Shown in pieces: positions 37,888 to 48,776 of a DNA stretch of 64,000 nucleotides. Origin of the DNA: Hyphomonadaceae bacterium (GTDB lineage: Bacteria > Pseudomonadota > Alphaproteobacteria > Caulobacterales > Hyphomonadaceae); the NCBI GenBank assembly GCA_039942135.1, contig JBDVDE010000015.1, positions 16,779 to 80,778 of the forward strand. The letters run 5' to 3'. Below the pieces are notes generated by a model. That model had not been told where the DNA came from, ran no database searches, and was given only the letters and a program-made list of their open reading frames with translations. Positions within the stretch are counted from its first letter, which is position 1. Every line of letters starts with the position of its first letter. Position numbers and translations under genes: made by a program.

Positions 37888-39711
37888 CTACTCACTCCCA
37901 CCAGTAAAATTAAAAAAGCTCGCCCCTTCATCAGCACGAGATGCGTCCGAGCGGAACTGGCCAAACATCTCTTGCCCCAGTCCCGCAGATCCCTGATTGG
38001 GAAGGAAGGGTTTTGGCTCCCGCGTTTGGAAAATGTTCTCGGCATCTTCAAGGCCTAAAACTCCGGTGCCCGCATCAAGGCTGATAATGTCACCGTCGCG
38101 TATATAAGCGAGTGGGCCGCCCCGCGCAGCTTCCGGCGATACATGGATAGCGGCTGGAACTTTCCCAGATGCTCCAGACATACGGCCGTCGGTAACAAGG
38201 GCCACCTTGTGTCCAGCATCTTGGAGCGCCCCCAGCACAGGCGATAGAGCGTGCAGTTCGGGCATTCCATTGGCCGCCGGTCCTTGGAACCGAACCACAA
38301 CCACGACATCTGTTTCCAACTCACCATTCTCAAAGGCCCGACGTACAGCAGCCTGGGTATCGAATACCCGAGCTGGCGCCTTGAGTTTTTGGTGTTCAGG
38401 CTTAACCGCCGACACTTTGATCATGCCGCGCCCTAGCGGTCCTTGCAGTAAAGCCAATCCGCCTTCTGGGCTAAACGGGTCAGAAGCTGGCCTCAAAATA
38501 TCTGTATCTCGGCTTTCTTTTGGTGCGGCCCTAAATGCCAATTCACCATCTTCCAGCCAAGGCTCCAAAGATTGATCTTCAAGCGTTCCATAGACGGTTG
38601 ATGCCGTACCATCCAACAGTCCGGCATCAATAAGCTCTCGGATAAGGAAACCCATACCGCCGGCTGCGTGGAAATGGTTTACATCCGCTGGCCCATTTGG
38701 ATAGACGCGGCAAAGAAGCGGCGTCACAGCAGATAGGTCAGCCATATCTTCGAGCGTAATACGATATCCCGCCGCTGCGGCCATAGCTGGCAAATGCAAA
38801 GCGTGATTGGTGGAACCTCCGGTGGCCATCAATCCGACAATCGCGTTGACTACAGACCGTGCATCTATCATTTCCCCAACCGGCAGATAGCTCCCAGAAT
38901 TTGCGATCAACTCCGTCGAGCGCTTTACCGCTGCTGTCGTCAATGCCGCACGCAACGGGGTGCCTGGATTAATAAAGGCTGCGCCCGGTAAATGCAGCCC
39001 CATACATTCCATCAACATCTGGTTGGAATTTGCGGTGCCATAAAATGTGCAAGTACCAGCGGAATGGTAGCTTTCCGCTTCGGCTTTAAGCAGTTCATCG
39101 CGTCCAACTTCACCTCGCGCAAAGGCTTGGCGAACCCGAACTTTCTCAGGATTGGGCAAGCCAGAGGTCATTGGCCCCGCCGGAATAAATATTGCGGGCA
39201 ACCACCCAAAGCGCAATGCTCCAATAAACAGTCCCGGCACGATCTTGTCACAGACACCCATAAAAAGAGCTGCATCAAACACATTGTGGCTCAGCCCCAC
39301 TGCCGCCGAAAGGGCGATGACATCACGAGAAAACAGGGACAGTTCCATCCCCCCTTGGCCTTGTGTCACGCCATCGCACATTGCTGGCACGCCGCCAGCA
39401 ACTTGCGCAGTCGCACCTGCATCCCGCGCGGCTTGCCGGATAAATTCTGGATACGCCTCATACGGTTGGTGTGCCGAGAGCATATCATTATAGGCGGTGA
39501 TCATCCCAAGGTTTGGCCACCCACCACCGAGCAGTTCGACCTTATCAAGCGCGCTACAGGCCGCAGCCGCATGCGCTAAATTCCCCTCAGTCAAACGTTG
39601 GCGGGCAAAGCCGGTGGGACGGTTATTCCGAACCATATCGAGATATGCCGCTCGGGTATCCGAAGAACGGGCAATAATCCTATCAGTGACCTCGCGAACT
39701 TTTGGATGCAT
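37888..39711 (-). CDS. edd: Phosphogluconate dehydratase (Entner-Doudoroff)
   Basis: IlvD/Edd family signatures are present ([40 protein letters not shown]). The ATG at 39711 lies just after the zwf stop, and the longer ORF-track start would overlap zwf. Confidence 0.92.
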   Translation of the reverse strand: MHPKVREVTDRIIARSSDTRAAYLDMVRNNRPTGFARQRLTEGNLAHAAAACSALDKVELLGGGWPNLGMITAYNDMLSAHQPYEAYPEFIRQAARDAGATAQVAGGVPAMCDGVTQGQGGMELSLFSRDVIALSAAVGLSHNVFDAALFMGVCDKIVPGLFIGALRFGWLPAIFIPAGPMTSGLPNPEKVRVRQAFARGEVGRDELLKAEAESYHSAGTCTFYGTANSNQMLMECMGLHLPGAAFINPGTPLRAALTTAAVKRSTELIANSGSYLPVGEMIDARSVVNAIVGLMATGGSTNHALHLPAMAAAAGYRITLEDMADLSAVTPLLCRVYPNGPADVNHFHAAGGMGFLIRELIDAGLLDGTASTVYGTLEDQSLEPWLEDGELAFRAAPKESRDTDILRPASDPFSPEGGLALLQGPLGRGMIKVSAVKPEHQKLKAPARVFDTQAAVRRAFENGELETDVVVVVRFQGPAANGMPELHALSPVLGALQDAGHKVALVTDGRMSGASGKVPAAIHVSPEAARGGPLAYIRDGDIISLDAGTGVLGLEDAENIFQTREPKPFLPNQGSAGLGQEMFGQFRSDASRADEGASFFNFTGGSE

Positions 39712-39716
39712 GCCAG

Positions 39717-41189
39717 TCACGTGACGGCCTCCCACCAAGATCTGTCATCTTTTCGTAACAGGAAGTCTGCGGCGGCAGGGCCATTGCTACCAGCTGGATA
39801 GGTCTCTAGTGGCTCATCTAGCTTGGTCCACGCGTCGAGCAAGCCATCTACCCAGCTCCAAGCCGCTTCAACTTCGTCACGTCGCATAAACAGCGAGAGA
39901 TTACCGCGCACAACATCCATCAGGAGGCGTTCATAGGCGTCTGGATAGCGGGTCGTAAAATTCTCTGCATAAGACAGATCAAGTGGTAGTGACTTGATCC
40001 GCAGACCACCAGGACCCGGTTCCTTTATCTGCACGAACAATCTCACCGCCTCATCAGGCTGGAGCCTTATGACCAACCGGTTCGCCACAGAACTCGTCTC
40101 TCCGAAAATCGAATGCGGCGTTGGCTTGAACTGGACGATAATTTCAGACCGCCGTTCAGCCATACGCTTGCCTGTCCGCAGATAGAACGGCACCCCAGCC
40201 CAGCGCCAATTGTCAATCTCGGCATGGATCGCAACAAAGGTCTCGGTACGACTCGGTTCCTCAGATGAAAGTTCTTCGAGATACCCTCGAACAGCCTTTC
40301 CTCCAGCAACGCCGGCTGTGTATTGGGCGCGAACCGTTTTGTCTTTCGCCTCTTCAGGGCTTAGCCGCCGCAATGCCCGCAATACTTTTATCTTTTCAGT
40401 GCGGACATCGCCTGCATCCATCGATCCTGGCGGCTCCATTGCGGTCAGGCAAAGCAGTTGCAGTATGTGATTTTGCACCATGTCGCGCAGAGCACCAGAC
40501 CCATCATAATAATCAGCGCGATCTTCAACTCCCAGTCCTTCTGCAACTGTGATCTGCACATGGTCGACTTCGGCCCGCGACCAAACCGGTTCGAACAGAG
40601 CATTGCCAAACCGCAAGACCATCAGGTTCTGGACAGTTTCCTTTCCCAGATAGTGATCAATCCGGTAAACAGCATCCTCGGCAAATATGGCACCGACACC
40701 ATCATTGATTGCCTTTGCCGATGCGAGATCAGTCCCGATCGGTTTCTCCAACACGACACGGGCATCAACCGTGTTCAGCTTCGCTGCGCCCAATGCTTCA
40801 CATATCGCAACATATAGGCGCGGAGCAGTAGCCAGATAAAAGACGCATGGGCGTCCTCGTTCACCGGAGAGTTTCCCCCTCAGTTCTTCCCAGGGCGCAT
40901 CTTGCTGGGTTGCATCCATCGCAACGTAATCAAGACGCTCGGCAAACCGGGCCCAGTCGTTTTCATCCCACTTTTCTTCCGCCTTAGACTGGCATGCGGA
41001 CTTGGCGAACTCCCGAAAGTCATCGACGCTCATTGCTGTTCGGGCCGATCCGACAACTCGACTTCCTTCCGGAATTTGTCCATCGAGCCAACGGTGAAAC
41101 AGCGCAGGCAAGAGCTTACGCTCAGACAAGTCACCTGTCGCTCCGAAGATGACAATATCAAATGTTCCTACAGGAATAAATTTCGCCAT
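39717..41189 (-). CDS. zwf: Glucose-6-phosphate 1-dehydrogenase
   Basis: 490 aa with the NADP-binding motif IFGATGDLSERKLLPAL and the active-site motif RIDHYLGKE. Confidence 0.95.
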   Translation of the reverse strand: MAKFIPVGTFDIVIFGATGDLSERKLLPALFHRWLDGQIPEGSRVVGSARTAMSVDDFREFAKSACQSKAEEKWDENDWARFAERLDYVAMDATQQDAPWEELRGKLSGERGRPCVFYLATAPRLYVAICEALGAAKLNTVDARVVLEKPIGTDLASAKAINDGVGAIFAEDAVYRIDHYLGKETVQNLMVLRFGNALFEPVWSRAEVDHVQITVAEGLGVEDRADYYDGSGALRDMVQNHILQLLCLTAMEPPGSMDAGDVRTEKIKVLRALRRLSPEEAKDKTVRAQYTAGVAGGKAVRGYLEELSSEEPSRTETFVAIHAEIDNWRWAGVPFYLRTGKRMAERRSEIIVQFKPTPHSIFGETSSVANRLVIRLQPDEAVRLFVQIKEPGPGGLRIKSLPLDLSYAENFTTRYPDAYERLLMDVVRGNLSLFMRRDEVEAAWSWVDGLLDAWTKLDEPLETYPAGSNGPAAADFLLRKDDRSWWEAVT

Positions 41190-41233
41190 TAAGCTCCAAG
41201 TCCTTGTTCCAAATTAGAAGTCGGTTTTAACGT

Positions 41234-42661
41234 CTAGCCGACTGTCTCCGTATAATTATTGCTGCCGATCTCCCAAGCGAAGATACCGTCACACCCCCGC
41301 CAACGTGCATACGCAAATCTCTCGCCCAGCCCGGCCGCTTCGGCCAAGCTCGTCGCCCAGTCCTCGCTGCCATCGATCTCGAACTGATGTGGATGCACCC
41401 CCCATAAAAGCTGGGCTTGACGCAATCGGCGAGGATCAATCGACCCATATAGAATAGGCACATTGCCACGCACGCGACTAAATCTCGCGAGCCGCTGAAT
41501 CGACCCTGTTCTCAGAGCAATCGCCTGCGCGCCTTCTTGTTGCGCAAGTCCGTTTACCGCTTCCGCAACGACATCAACAGCACGCTCCCATGCTGGTGGG
41601 CCGATACCGTCAAATTGATCTACGGTCAGTTGGAAGTCTTCTGCATGCTCTGTTGCAAGCATGATGCGGTGCATAATCGCAACCGCCGTAGCTGGATGGC
41701 GGCCAACCGCTGTTTCCGCAGACAACATCACCGCATCAGCGCCCTGATAGACAGCCGTCGAAACGTCACTCGCCTCCGCCCGTGTCGGTGCAGCGTGTTC
41801 GATCATAGATTCGAGCATTTGCGTTGCGACAATCACAGGTCGGCCAGCACCACGCGCCGCGCGAATAATCCGTCTTTGAATGACCGGAACTTCTTCGAGC
41901 GGAAACTCGACGCCAAGATCACCTCGCGCCACCATAACCGCATCAGATGCTTGCACGATCGCTTCCAAATGGTCGATTGCAGAGGGCTTTTCCAACTTGG
42001 ATACAAGCGGGGCGCGGCCATTAATAATCGCTTTGGCTTCCTCAACATCAGCGACAGTTTGTACAAAACTTAGAGCGACAATATCCGCGCCGATCTCAAG
42101 CGCGAAATCGAGATCGATCCGGTCTTTCTCCGTCATGGCACTTACGGGGAGCGCTTTACCGCGTACCGTAAAGCCTTTGCGGTTCCCCAATTTCCCCGGC
42201 AGGTCGGAGCGGACACGAGGTTCGTCGCCGCCCTCAATAACTGTCATCTGTAGTTGACCATCATTCAGTAGAATTTCGTCACCAGCGGCGAGCATGGCCA
42301 AAATTTCAGGATGTGGCACGGGGATACGTGTTTCATCATCCGTTTTCTCACCGGCGAACAAGGTATACTCGGCCTGAAAGCCCAAGCGAATTTCATCGTT
42401 TGGAAAGGCTCCGACGCGAATCTTAGGTCCCTGCAAATCGGCCAATACTGCCAGTGGGCGGCCAAGCTCCTTTTCCACCTGACGCACAGAATCGAGGACC
42501 TTGTGATGGTCCTCATGTGATCCATGACTAAAATTCAGACGAAATACATCGACCCCCGCTTGCGCCAACAATTTCAAAGTATCGGGCGCACGGCTACCTG
42601 GGCCAACCGTCGCAATAATCTTAGCGCTGCGACCACGCAATTTCATAATGGGTTCGGGCAT
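41234..42661 (-). CDS. pyk: Pyruvate kinase
   Basis: 475 aa with KIIATVGP, FRLNFSHG, MVARGDLGVE and ATQMLESM. Confidence 0.93.
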   Translation of the reverse strand: MPEPIMKLRGRSAKIIATVGPGSRAPDTLKLLAQAGVDVFRLNFSHGSHEDHHKVLDSVRQVEKELGRPLAVLADLQGPKIRVGAFPNDEIRLGFQAEYTLFAGEKTDDETRIPVPHPEILAMLAAGDEILLNDGQLQMTVIEGGDEPRVRSDLPGKLGNRKGFTVRGKALPVSAMTEKDRIDLDFALEIGADIVALSFVQTVADVEEAKAIINGRAPLVSKLEKPSAIDHLEAIVQASDAVMVARGDLGVEFPLEEVPVIQRRIIRAARGAGRPVIVATQMLESMIEHAAPTRAEASDVSTAVYQGADAVMLSAETAVGRHPATAVAIMHRIMLATEHAEDFQLTVDQFDGIGPPAWERAVDVVAEAVNGLAQQEGAQAIALRTGSIQRLARFSRVRGNVPILYGSIDPRRLRQAQLLWGVHPHQFEIDGSEDWATSLAEAAGLGERFAYARWRGCDGIFAWEIGSNNYTETVG

Positions 42662-42853
42662 ATTCTCATCTCTCTAGTCCGGACATAGCGATCAACAAGT
42701 ATCTAAACGCAATGCACGGGGGTTCATAACGTAGAATTGTCTAGCTCGCCAAAATGCGCGTTCCCATAGCTTCTAAAAAGCCTATAAACCCAATATATCA
42801 AAAATGACAGCGCTAGACAAAATTTATTTTTTGCCACTATTTCCAGAGGCTAT

Positions 42854-43444
42854 CTACACTTCATCCTGATTCGCCGCTTTTGACCGACGCCAAGTCAGAA
42901 TCAGATAGCCAACGACCAAACTGGCCAACACAGCCCCCACGATCGGCGCAAACCTCTCGATATGATGGCCAGCCATATCACCTAGCCAATGAAATAGGCT
43001 GAATGCGATGACCACATAGAGAATGGCTGACGAAACCACGAACAGAGCAACTTTCCAAAATGGCGCACGAAAAAAGCCGCACGCCAGATATAGCGGGATA
43101 CGTGTACCCGGCACGAAGCGCGCAATAATCAGTGATACTCCAAGCTTTTCGATCACTTGACTCTTGGCCGCCTGCACCCCCGGTTTGAGTGCTGCCTTGC
43201 GGCCCCACTCATAGGTGTGAGCTGCACGACCCAACCAATATTTCCAGAGATCGCTGATGCTCAGACCGACAATTAGTGAGAGGAAAATCCCGCGTACCGT
43301 GCCAAGTCCGGCAACCGAAGCTGCTGCAGCGCTCAAAATCGCCGCATCTTCCTGAACAAAAGGCCCAAGCGCCACCAGAACATAAATGCCCCAGGGATAG
43401 GTCATCGCTAATTCATTCAACCAAGCCATATCGTTACGCCACAT
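42854..43444 (-). CDS. DedA/VTT-domain membrane protein
   Basis: About 190 aa with several TM helices and a VTT-like core (IIARFVPGTRIPLYLACG). Confidence 0.7.
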   Translation of the reverse strand: MWRNDMAWLNELAMTYPWGIYVLVALGPFVQEDAAILSAAAASVAGLGTVRGIFLSLIVGLSISDLWKYWLGRAAHTYEWGRKAALKPGVQAAKSQVIEKLGVSLIIARFVPGTRIPLYLACGFFRAPFWKVALFVVSSAILYVVIAFSLFHWLGDMAGHHIERFAPIVGAVLASLVVGYLILTWRRSKAANQDEV

Positions 43445-43485
43445 CGTCCATCATCAAGTAGGCGTCCCCTATAGCACAGTTGGCG

Positions 43486-44571
43486 TCAAGCCCAGCCTTG
43501 CAATCGCGCAGCTTCCAAACGCAATGCCTCTGGTCCTCCGAGCCATTGTCGGTTAACGCCAATCCGTTTGAACCAATAATGCAGTCCAACAAGATCGGTA
43601 AACCCCATCCCGCCATGCACTTCTGTAGATGTGCGCGCAACAAACGTCCCAACCTCGCTCATATGCGACTTTGTCAGGCACGACATTAACGCGGCCTTCG
43701 CCGGATCCGTGTCAAACAAATATGCTGAATGCCAAACCAATGCGCGGCAAGGTTCCAGCTTAGCAGCCATTTCCGCGCACATGTGTTTGACCGCTTGAAA
43801 CGAACCAATAACCCGCCCGAATTGTTTACGCTCTGCGGCGTAGGCCACGGCCTTTTCCAACATATTCTGGCAAGCTCCAAGCGTATCGGCAGCGAACAAT
43901 ATTCGTCCCAAGGCCAATACCTGAACCAGCGTATCTCCGAGAGATGATTCTGAACTGAGCGGTTCAGCCTCCACACCATCGAACATGAGCTCGGTATATG
44001 AGCGCGTCTTGTCAATCGTACCCAACGGTGTGGTGCTCACCCCTTTGGCGGACAAATCAACAATAAAGAGAGCGCCTGCCGCATCCGCCGTCAACACATG
44101 GCTCGCCGCATCAACCTCGAATGCAAACAAAGCTTTGCCTGATAGTTTTGTATCGTGCGAGGTAATGCCCGCCCCATCTCGTGCGCTAACGGCTTCCGTC
44201 AATGCAACACCCAGTGTGCTCTCGCCAGCGCAAATTCCGCCTAGCCAATGGGCCTGTTGAGCTTCACTGCCCGCGCCGCGAATTGCTATGATGGCCATAG
44301 CCCCCGCCAGAAATGCACCAGGCGAGACCGCATGGCCAAGGGCCTCTTGTATAAGCGCCGCTTCAAGCGCGCCAAGTCCCAGACCGCCATACTGCTCGGG
44401 CACCAATAACTGTCCCGCTCCAAGTTCTCCCAAAGCAGCATTCACCGTCGCGGCGACGTCCAACTCGCCAGCAGCGACACGGCGAACATGCTCAAGCGAT
44501 GATACATTTTCCAGCGTTCCGACAATCGAGCTCTGCAACATGCGCTGGTCTTCAGAAAGTGCGAATTCCAT
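43486..44571 (-). CDS. Acyl-CoA dehydrogenase family protein (small partner)
   Basis: 361 aa with the ACAD C-terminal domain pattern (ERKQFGRVIGSFQAVKH...HGGMGFT). Confidence 0.85.
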   Translation of the reverse strand: MEFALSEDQRMLQSSIVGTLENVSSLEHVRRVAAGELDVAATVNAALGELGAGQLLVPEQYGGLGLGALEAALIQEALGHAVSPGAFLAGAMAIIAIRGAGSEAQQAHWLGGICAGESTLGVALTEAVSARDGAGITSHDTKLSGKALFAFEVDAASHVLTADAAGALFIVDLSAKGVSTTPLGTIDKTRSYTELMFDGVEAEPLSSESSLGDTLVQVLALGRILFAADTLGACQNMLEKAVAYAAERKQFGRVIGSFQAVKHMCAEMAAKLEPCRALVWHSAYLFDTDPAKAALMSCLTKSHMSEVGTFVARTSTEVHGGMGFTDLVGLHYWFKRIGVNRQWLGGPEALRLEAARLQGWA

Positions 44572-44583
44572 TGATTGTCCCCC

Positions 44584-45783
44584 CTAAGCTTTCGCCACAC
44601 GCGGTTCGCGCGGCAAGCCCAATCCACGTTCGGATATGATGTTTTTCTGAATTTGCGCCGTGCCGCCGCCAATGATCAGCCCCAAATCATACATATGACG
44701 CAACTGCCAAGCGCCATCATCGCGTAGGTAAGGCGTGTCGCCGTAAAGCACACCTAGCTCCCCCAGAGCATCAATGGCGAGGCGGGCAAGTTCATGGTTC
44801 AACTCGCAGCCTTGTAGCTTGACCAAAAGACCAGCCATGCCCGCGCTTTCTTTTTTCAAGCGAGCTGTCATGACTCTCAAACCATTCGCCTGCATCGCGT
44901 AGACTTCGGCCTGAAGTTTGACCAAACGGTCTCGCAGTATCGGATTATCGATCAGACGCTCCCCGTTCACCGTCTCGGTTTTCATCAGTTCAGCGATCGC
45001 TAGAAGACGTCCCTCCGCTGCGTTCGGGTCGCCTAGCATGCCGCGTTCATGCGTCAGCGTTGCATTCGCCACCTGCCACCCCTTACCCGGTTCGCCGACA
45101 ATCTGGCTACGCGGCACCCGCACATCGGTAAAGAACACTTCATTGAAGTTTGCAGCACCCGTCATGTCTACCAATGGCCGGATTTCAATGCCCGGTGTCT
45201 CCATCGAGAAGATCAAATAGGAAATCCCGTGATGCTTCTTCGCATCCGGCTCGGTACGCACCAGACAAAATATCATATCCGCCTGCTTGGCGGTGCTTGT
45301 CCAAATCTTTTGACCATTGATGACATAGTCGTCGCCATCTATTTCGCCCCGGGTCGTCAAGCTTGCAAGGTCCGAGCCTGATCCAGGTTCGGAATACCCC
45401 TGACACCAGACAGTTTCCCCGCGCAGCGTGGGTGCAATCCATTGGGCTTTTTGCTCATCCGTGCCAAGCTCCAACAGTGTCGGCACGAGCATGGATATCC
45501 CTTGATTAGCAAGGCCGCGCGGTAGTCCGGATTTGGCAAACTCCTCCGCGATGATACGGGACTTCAAAATATCCGGCTCAGCACCATAGCCGCCATATTC
45601 GGTCGGGATGGTTCGCGCCGCCAATCCGTTCTTCATCAAAAAATCTTGCCATGCCAGACGCTTCGGGTTTTTCATCCCCCGATCACCACTGTCAGGTGCT
45701 TTGTCAGAATTAGAGTTAAGCAGCGCGGCGACCTCGGATCGAAATACCTCGTATTCTGGGCTAAAAACCAAATCCATCTGCAT
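44584..45783 (-). CDS. Acyl-CoA dehydrogenase family protein
   Basis: 399 aa with WCQGYSEPGSGSDLASL, YVINGQKIWTS and a C-terminal IGGGTAQIQKNII. Confidence 0.88.
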   Translation of the reverse strand: MQMDLVFSPEYEVFRSEVAALLNSNSDKAPDSGDRGMKNPKRLAWQDFLMKNGLAARTIPTEYGGYGAEPDILKSRIIAEEFAKSGLPRGLANQGISMLVPTLLELGTDEQKAQWIAPTLRGETVWCQGYSEPGSGSDLASLTTRGEIDGDDYVINGQKIWTSTAKQADMIFCLVRTEPDAKKHHGISYLIFSMETPGIEIRPLVDMTGAANFNEVFFTDVRVPRSQIVGEPGKGWQVANATLTHERGMLGDPNAAEGRLLAIAELMKTETVNGERLIDNPILRDRLVKLQAEVYAMQANGLRVMTARLKKESAGMAGLLVKLQGCELNHELARLAIDALGELGVLYGDTPYLRDDGAWQLRHMYDLGLIIGGGTAQIQKNIISERGLGLPREPRVAKA

Positions 45784-45915
45784 TTCCCCCGCCGACTAGA
45801 ATCGAATGATGCACCGCGATCCGCGCTCTTTCAATCCTGACGTTGGGGTAGTATTTGACACACCTTGGGGAAGTCTGTGAGTGTTGGACCAAACTAGACT
45901 GAAGGACAGTTCAAT

Positions 45916-46578
45916 ATGGCTATAACGCTCGATATTCAGAATGATATTGCCCATCTAGCTGTGGATGATGGCAAAGCCAATGCCCTAGGATTCGCCTTGA
46001 TCGAAGAGTTTCACGACAATCTTGCAAAGGCCGAGCAAGACGCCAAAGCAATCCTGATCTCGGGGCGCGCTGGCCGTTTTTGTGCCGGGTTTGACCTATC
46101 AGTCATGCGCGAGAGTCCCGATAAAGCAGGTGAACTGGTCAATAAAGGCGGGCATTTGCTGTTGAGACTGTTCGAAAACCAGTTGCCTGTCGTAATCGCA
46201 TGTACTGGGCACGCACTGGCGGCGGGTGGACTGATGCTTCTATCCGCAGATACGCGGATCGGAACCCAAGGTGATTTCAAAATAGGACTCAACGAAACGG
46301 CGATTGGCATGGTATTGCCGCAATTCGGGATTGAACTACCTAAGGCCCGTCTCGCTCAGGATCATTTCACCTCTGCTGTAGTACAGGGAAAAATGCACAG
46401 CCCAGACGAAGCCGTCACAGCTGGATTTTTAGATCTGACAGTTGCGCCAGAAACGCTCTTGGAGACGAGTTTGGCCGCCGCAGGTCAACTAAGCCAAATG
46501 CCGCAACACTCTTATCACGGCAATAAATTGCTCATACGCAAACAGGCGATTTCTGCAATCCGAGAGAGCCTCGTATAG
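45916..46578 (+). CDS. Crotonase/enoyl-CoA hydratase superfamily protein
   Basis: 220 aa with the oxyanion-hole region (RFCAGFDLS) and ACTGHALAAGGLMLL. Confidence 0.8.
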   Translation: MAITLDIQNDIAHLAVDDGKANALGFALIEEFHDNLAKAEQDAKAILISGRAGRFCAGFDLSVMRESPDKAGELVNKGGHLLLRLFENQLPVVIACTGHALAAGGLMLLSADTRIGTQGDFKIGLNETAIGMVLPQFGIELPKARLAQDHFTSAVVQGKMHSPDEAVTAGFLDLTVAPETLLETSLAAAGQLSQMPQHSYHGNKLLIRKQAISAIRESLV

Positions 46579-46625
46579 TCCGCACGCGAGACAGAGCCGA
46601 ACTTGCAAATGGACGGGGTTTATAA

Positions 46626-47708
46626 ATGAGCCAAGCGGCCACAATACTGACACGCGATATCGCGGGTGCAGCCGTACACCGCCGCCACCACAAAAAATCC
46701 GATGGACGCGATCTTTTTCTCTATGGTTATGACGCCCATGATTTGCCTCCTATAGAAGGCGAAGGCCTAGACATGAGTGCCGGCTCGGAACTCCGCCGCC
46801 ATCCGTTGCGCGGTACATGGTCTATCTACGCGGCAAACCGTAATAGTCGAACCTTCAAACCGAACGCCGCATCCGACCCATTGGCTCCAAGCCAACGCGG
46901 CGCACCTCTCACAGAAATCCCCTTCGAGAGTTTCGAGCTTTGCATTTTCGAGAACCGGTTCCCAAGCCTGTCTGCCGATGCACCAATGCCTCAATCGGGA
47001 CCTCTGGAAACGACACGTGCCAATGGCGCTTGCGAAGTCGTCGTTTACGCTCCCGAAGGCACCGGATCACTCGCGACTTTAGGCCAAGCACGGCGCAGAC
47101 TTCTGCTTGAAGCCTGGATAGACCGCTATATCGCTCTGCATGACAAGGGAGCCGCATTCGTTCTTCCATTTGAAAACAGAGGCGAAGCTGTCGGTATTAC
47201 CCTGCACCACCCCCATGGCCAAATTTACGGCTTTCCTGTAGTTCCCGCTCCGCAGGCCGCCGCGCTCAGAGCCTTTGAAAACGGGTATGATCTCGCAGCC
47301 CATATGGACGGCTGGCGCGCAGACTATGCTATTGCAGAAGCTGGCGGCATGATGGCCTATGCGCCGCCCTTTGCACGCTTTCCTTACGAAGTCTGGATAT
47401 CAGCCTGCACGCCGCTCTCGGGGCCTTGGAATTTCAACGAGACGCAATCTGACGGGTTTGCCCACCTGCTTGGTGATATGACGGCGAGATACGATGCATT
47501 TTTCGGCACTGACACGCCCTATATGCTGTCACTACATGCAGCCCCCTATGGCCGCGATGGCCGGTTCCAATTTTCTGCGCAATTCTATCCGCTGCTACGC
47601 GCACCTGGACGGGTAAAATATCTTGCTTCTGTCGAGCAATCGACAGGGATATTCACAGTAGACGTCCTCCCCGAGCAGACCGCCAAAGCCTTGCGTGACG
47701 TTATATGA
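46626..47708 (+). CDS. galT: Galactose-1-phosphate uridylyltransferase (HIT family)
   Basis: 360 aa with the HxHxQ active site (HHPHGQIY). It overlaps galK by 4 nt. Confidence 0.85.
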   Translation: MSQAATILTRDIAGAAVHRRHHKKSDGRDLFLYGYDAHDLPPIEGEGLDMSAGSELRRHPLRGTWSIYAANRNSRTFKPNAASDPLAPSQRGAPLTEIPFESFELCIFENRFPSLSADAPMPQSGPLETTRANGACEVVVYAPEGTGSLATLGQARRRLLLEAWIDRYIALHDKGAAFVLPFENRGEAVGITLHHPHGQIYGFPVVPAPQAAALRAFENGYDLAAHMDGWRADYAIAEAGGMMAYAPPFARFPYEVWISACTPLSGPWNFNETQSDGFAHLLGDMTARYDAFFGTDTPYMLSLHAAPYGRDGRFQFSAQFYPLLRAPGRVKYLASVEQSTGIFTVDVLPEQTAKALRDVI

Positions 47709-48766
47709 GTGGCGATATGGAAACTCGGTTCGAGATGATTTACGCGCGCGCGCCTTCTGCAAAGGCAACCGTTCCCGGCCGGGTAAATCTAATTGGCGAG
47801 CACATAGATTATAATGGTGGCACCGTCCTACCGACCACACTAGACAAGACCATTACGGCGGCAATCGCACCGAACCAGAGCCAATCTCATCATATTCGCT
47901 CGGACGGCTTTGATGGCGAAACTGTTCGCCCTGCAAATGACCCCGCGATCAAGGACTGGTCAGACAGCACCATGGGAGCGCTTGCCAAGGCCGCTGAACT
48001 CGGATGGATCCGCGGCGGATTCGATGTCCTATTGTCGAGCACCATTCCGGCGGGCGCAGGCGTATCTTCCTCGGCCGCTTTGGTAACGGCCATTTTACAA
48101 GCCTGCCGAGACCATGCGGGCGCACAGCTCGATGCGAAAACACTCGCACTCAAAGCGCGCGAAGTTGAAAATAACTATCTGGGTGTGCCGTGCGGGATTA
48201 TGGACCAGATGGCTGTTGGGCTTGCGGGTCCTGGACAAGCCTTGGCGCTCGATACAACCAATCTGGAGACAGAAATTATCAGCATCCCAACCGACTGGAA
48301 ATTTGTCACCATACATTCAGGCGTATCGCGCGAGCTAACAGATGGCCGCTACCAGTCGCGCTTCGCCGAATGCGCAGAAGCCGCAAAAACGCTCGATATA
48401 GAATACTTATGTCGAGCAAGTATCGATCAACTTGCTCAATTGCCATCCACCTTGCAATCCCGCGCCCGTCACACTGTCACCGAACAGGCTCGAACACTGG
48501 CTGCGATCGACACCATGAAGTCTGGCGCAGCCAAAGCATTTGGCGCACTGATGAATGAGAGCCACACCTCTTACTCGAGGGATTTCGAAGCATCGACGCC
48601 GGAGATAGACCTCCTGACACAAGATGCAGTGGATCTTGGCGCATTAGGTTCACGGCTCACCGGCGGCGGGTTTGGCGGCTGCACGGTTTCTCTCGTCCCT
48701 GACGAAATTGCAACCGATTGGACAGATGCCATTCTCTCCAAGCATCCGAAAGCATGGCTGGTCTAA
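47705..48766 (+). CDS. galK: Galactokinase (GHMP kinase)
   Basis: It has the galactokinase signature GRVNLIGEHIDYNGG and the GHMP motif IPAGAGVSSSAAL. Confidence 0.9.
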   Translation: MSGDMETRFEMIYARAPSAKATVPGRVNLIGEHIDYNGGTVLPTTLDKTITAAIAPNQSQSHHIRSDGFDGETVRPANDPAIKDWSDSTMGALAKAAELGWIRGGFDVLLSSTIPAGAGVSSSAALVTAILQACRDHAGAQLDAKTLALKAREVENNYLGVPCGIMDQMAVGLAGPGQALALDTTNLETEIISIPTDWKFVTIHSGVSRELTDGRYQSRFAECAEAAKTLDIEYLCRASIDQLAQLPSTLQSRARHTVTEQARTLAAIDTMKSGAAKAFGALMNESHTSYSRDFEASTPEIDLLTQDAVDLGALGSRLTGGGFGGCTVSLVPDEIATDWTDAILSKHPKAWLV

Positions 48767-48776
48767 CCTGCGGCCT

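Noticed and set aside
38992-39579. 195-aa antisense ORF inside edd (similar cases: 41537-42073 in pyk and 19219-19836 in the MATE gene)
   Set aside because: Each lies opposite or out of frame to a gene with strong family motifs, and each has an atypical composition.
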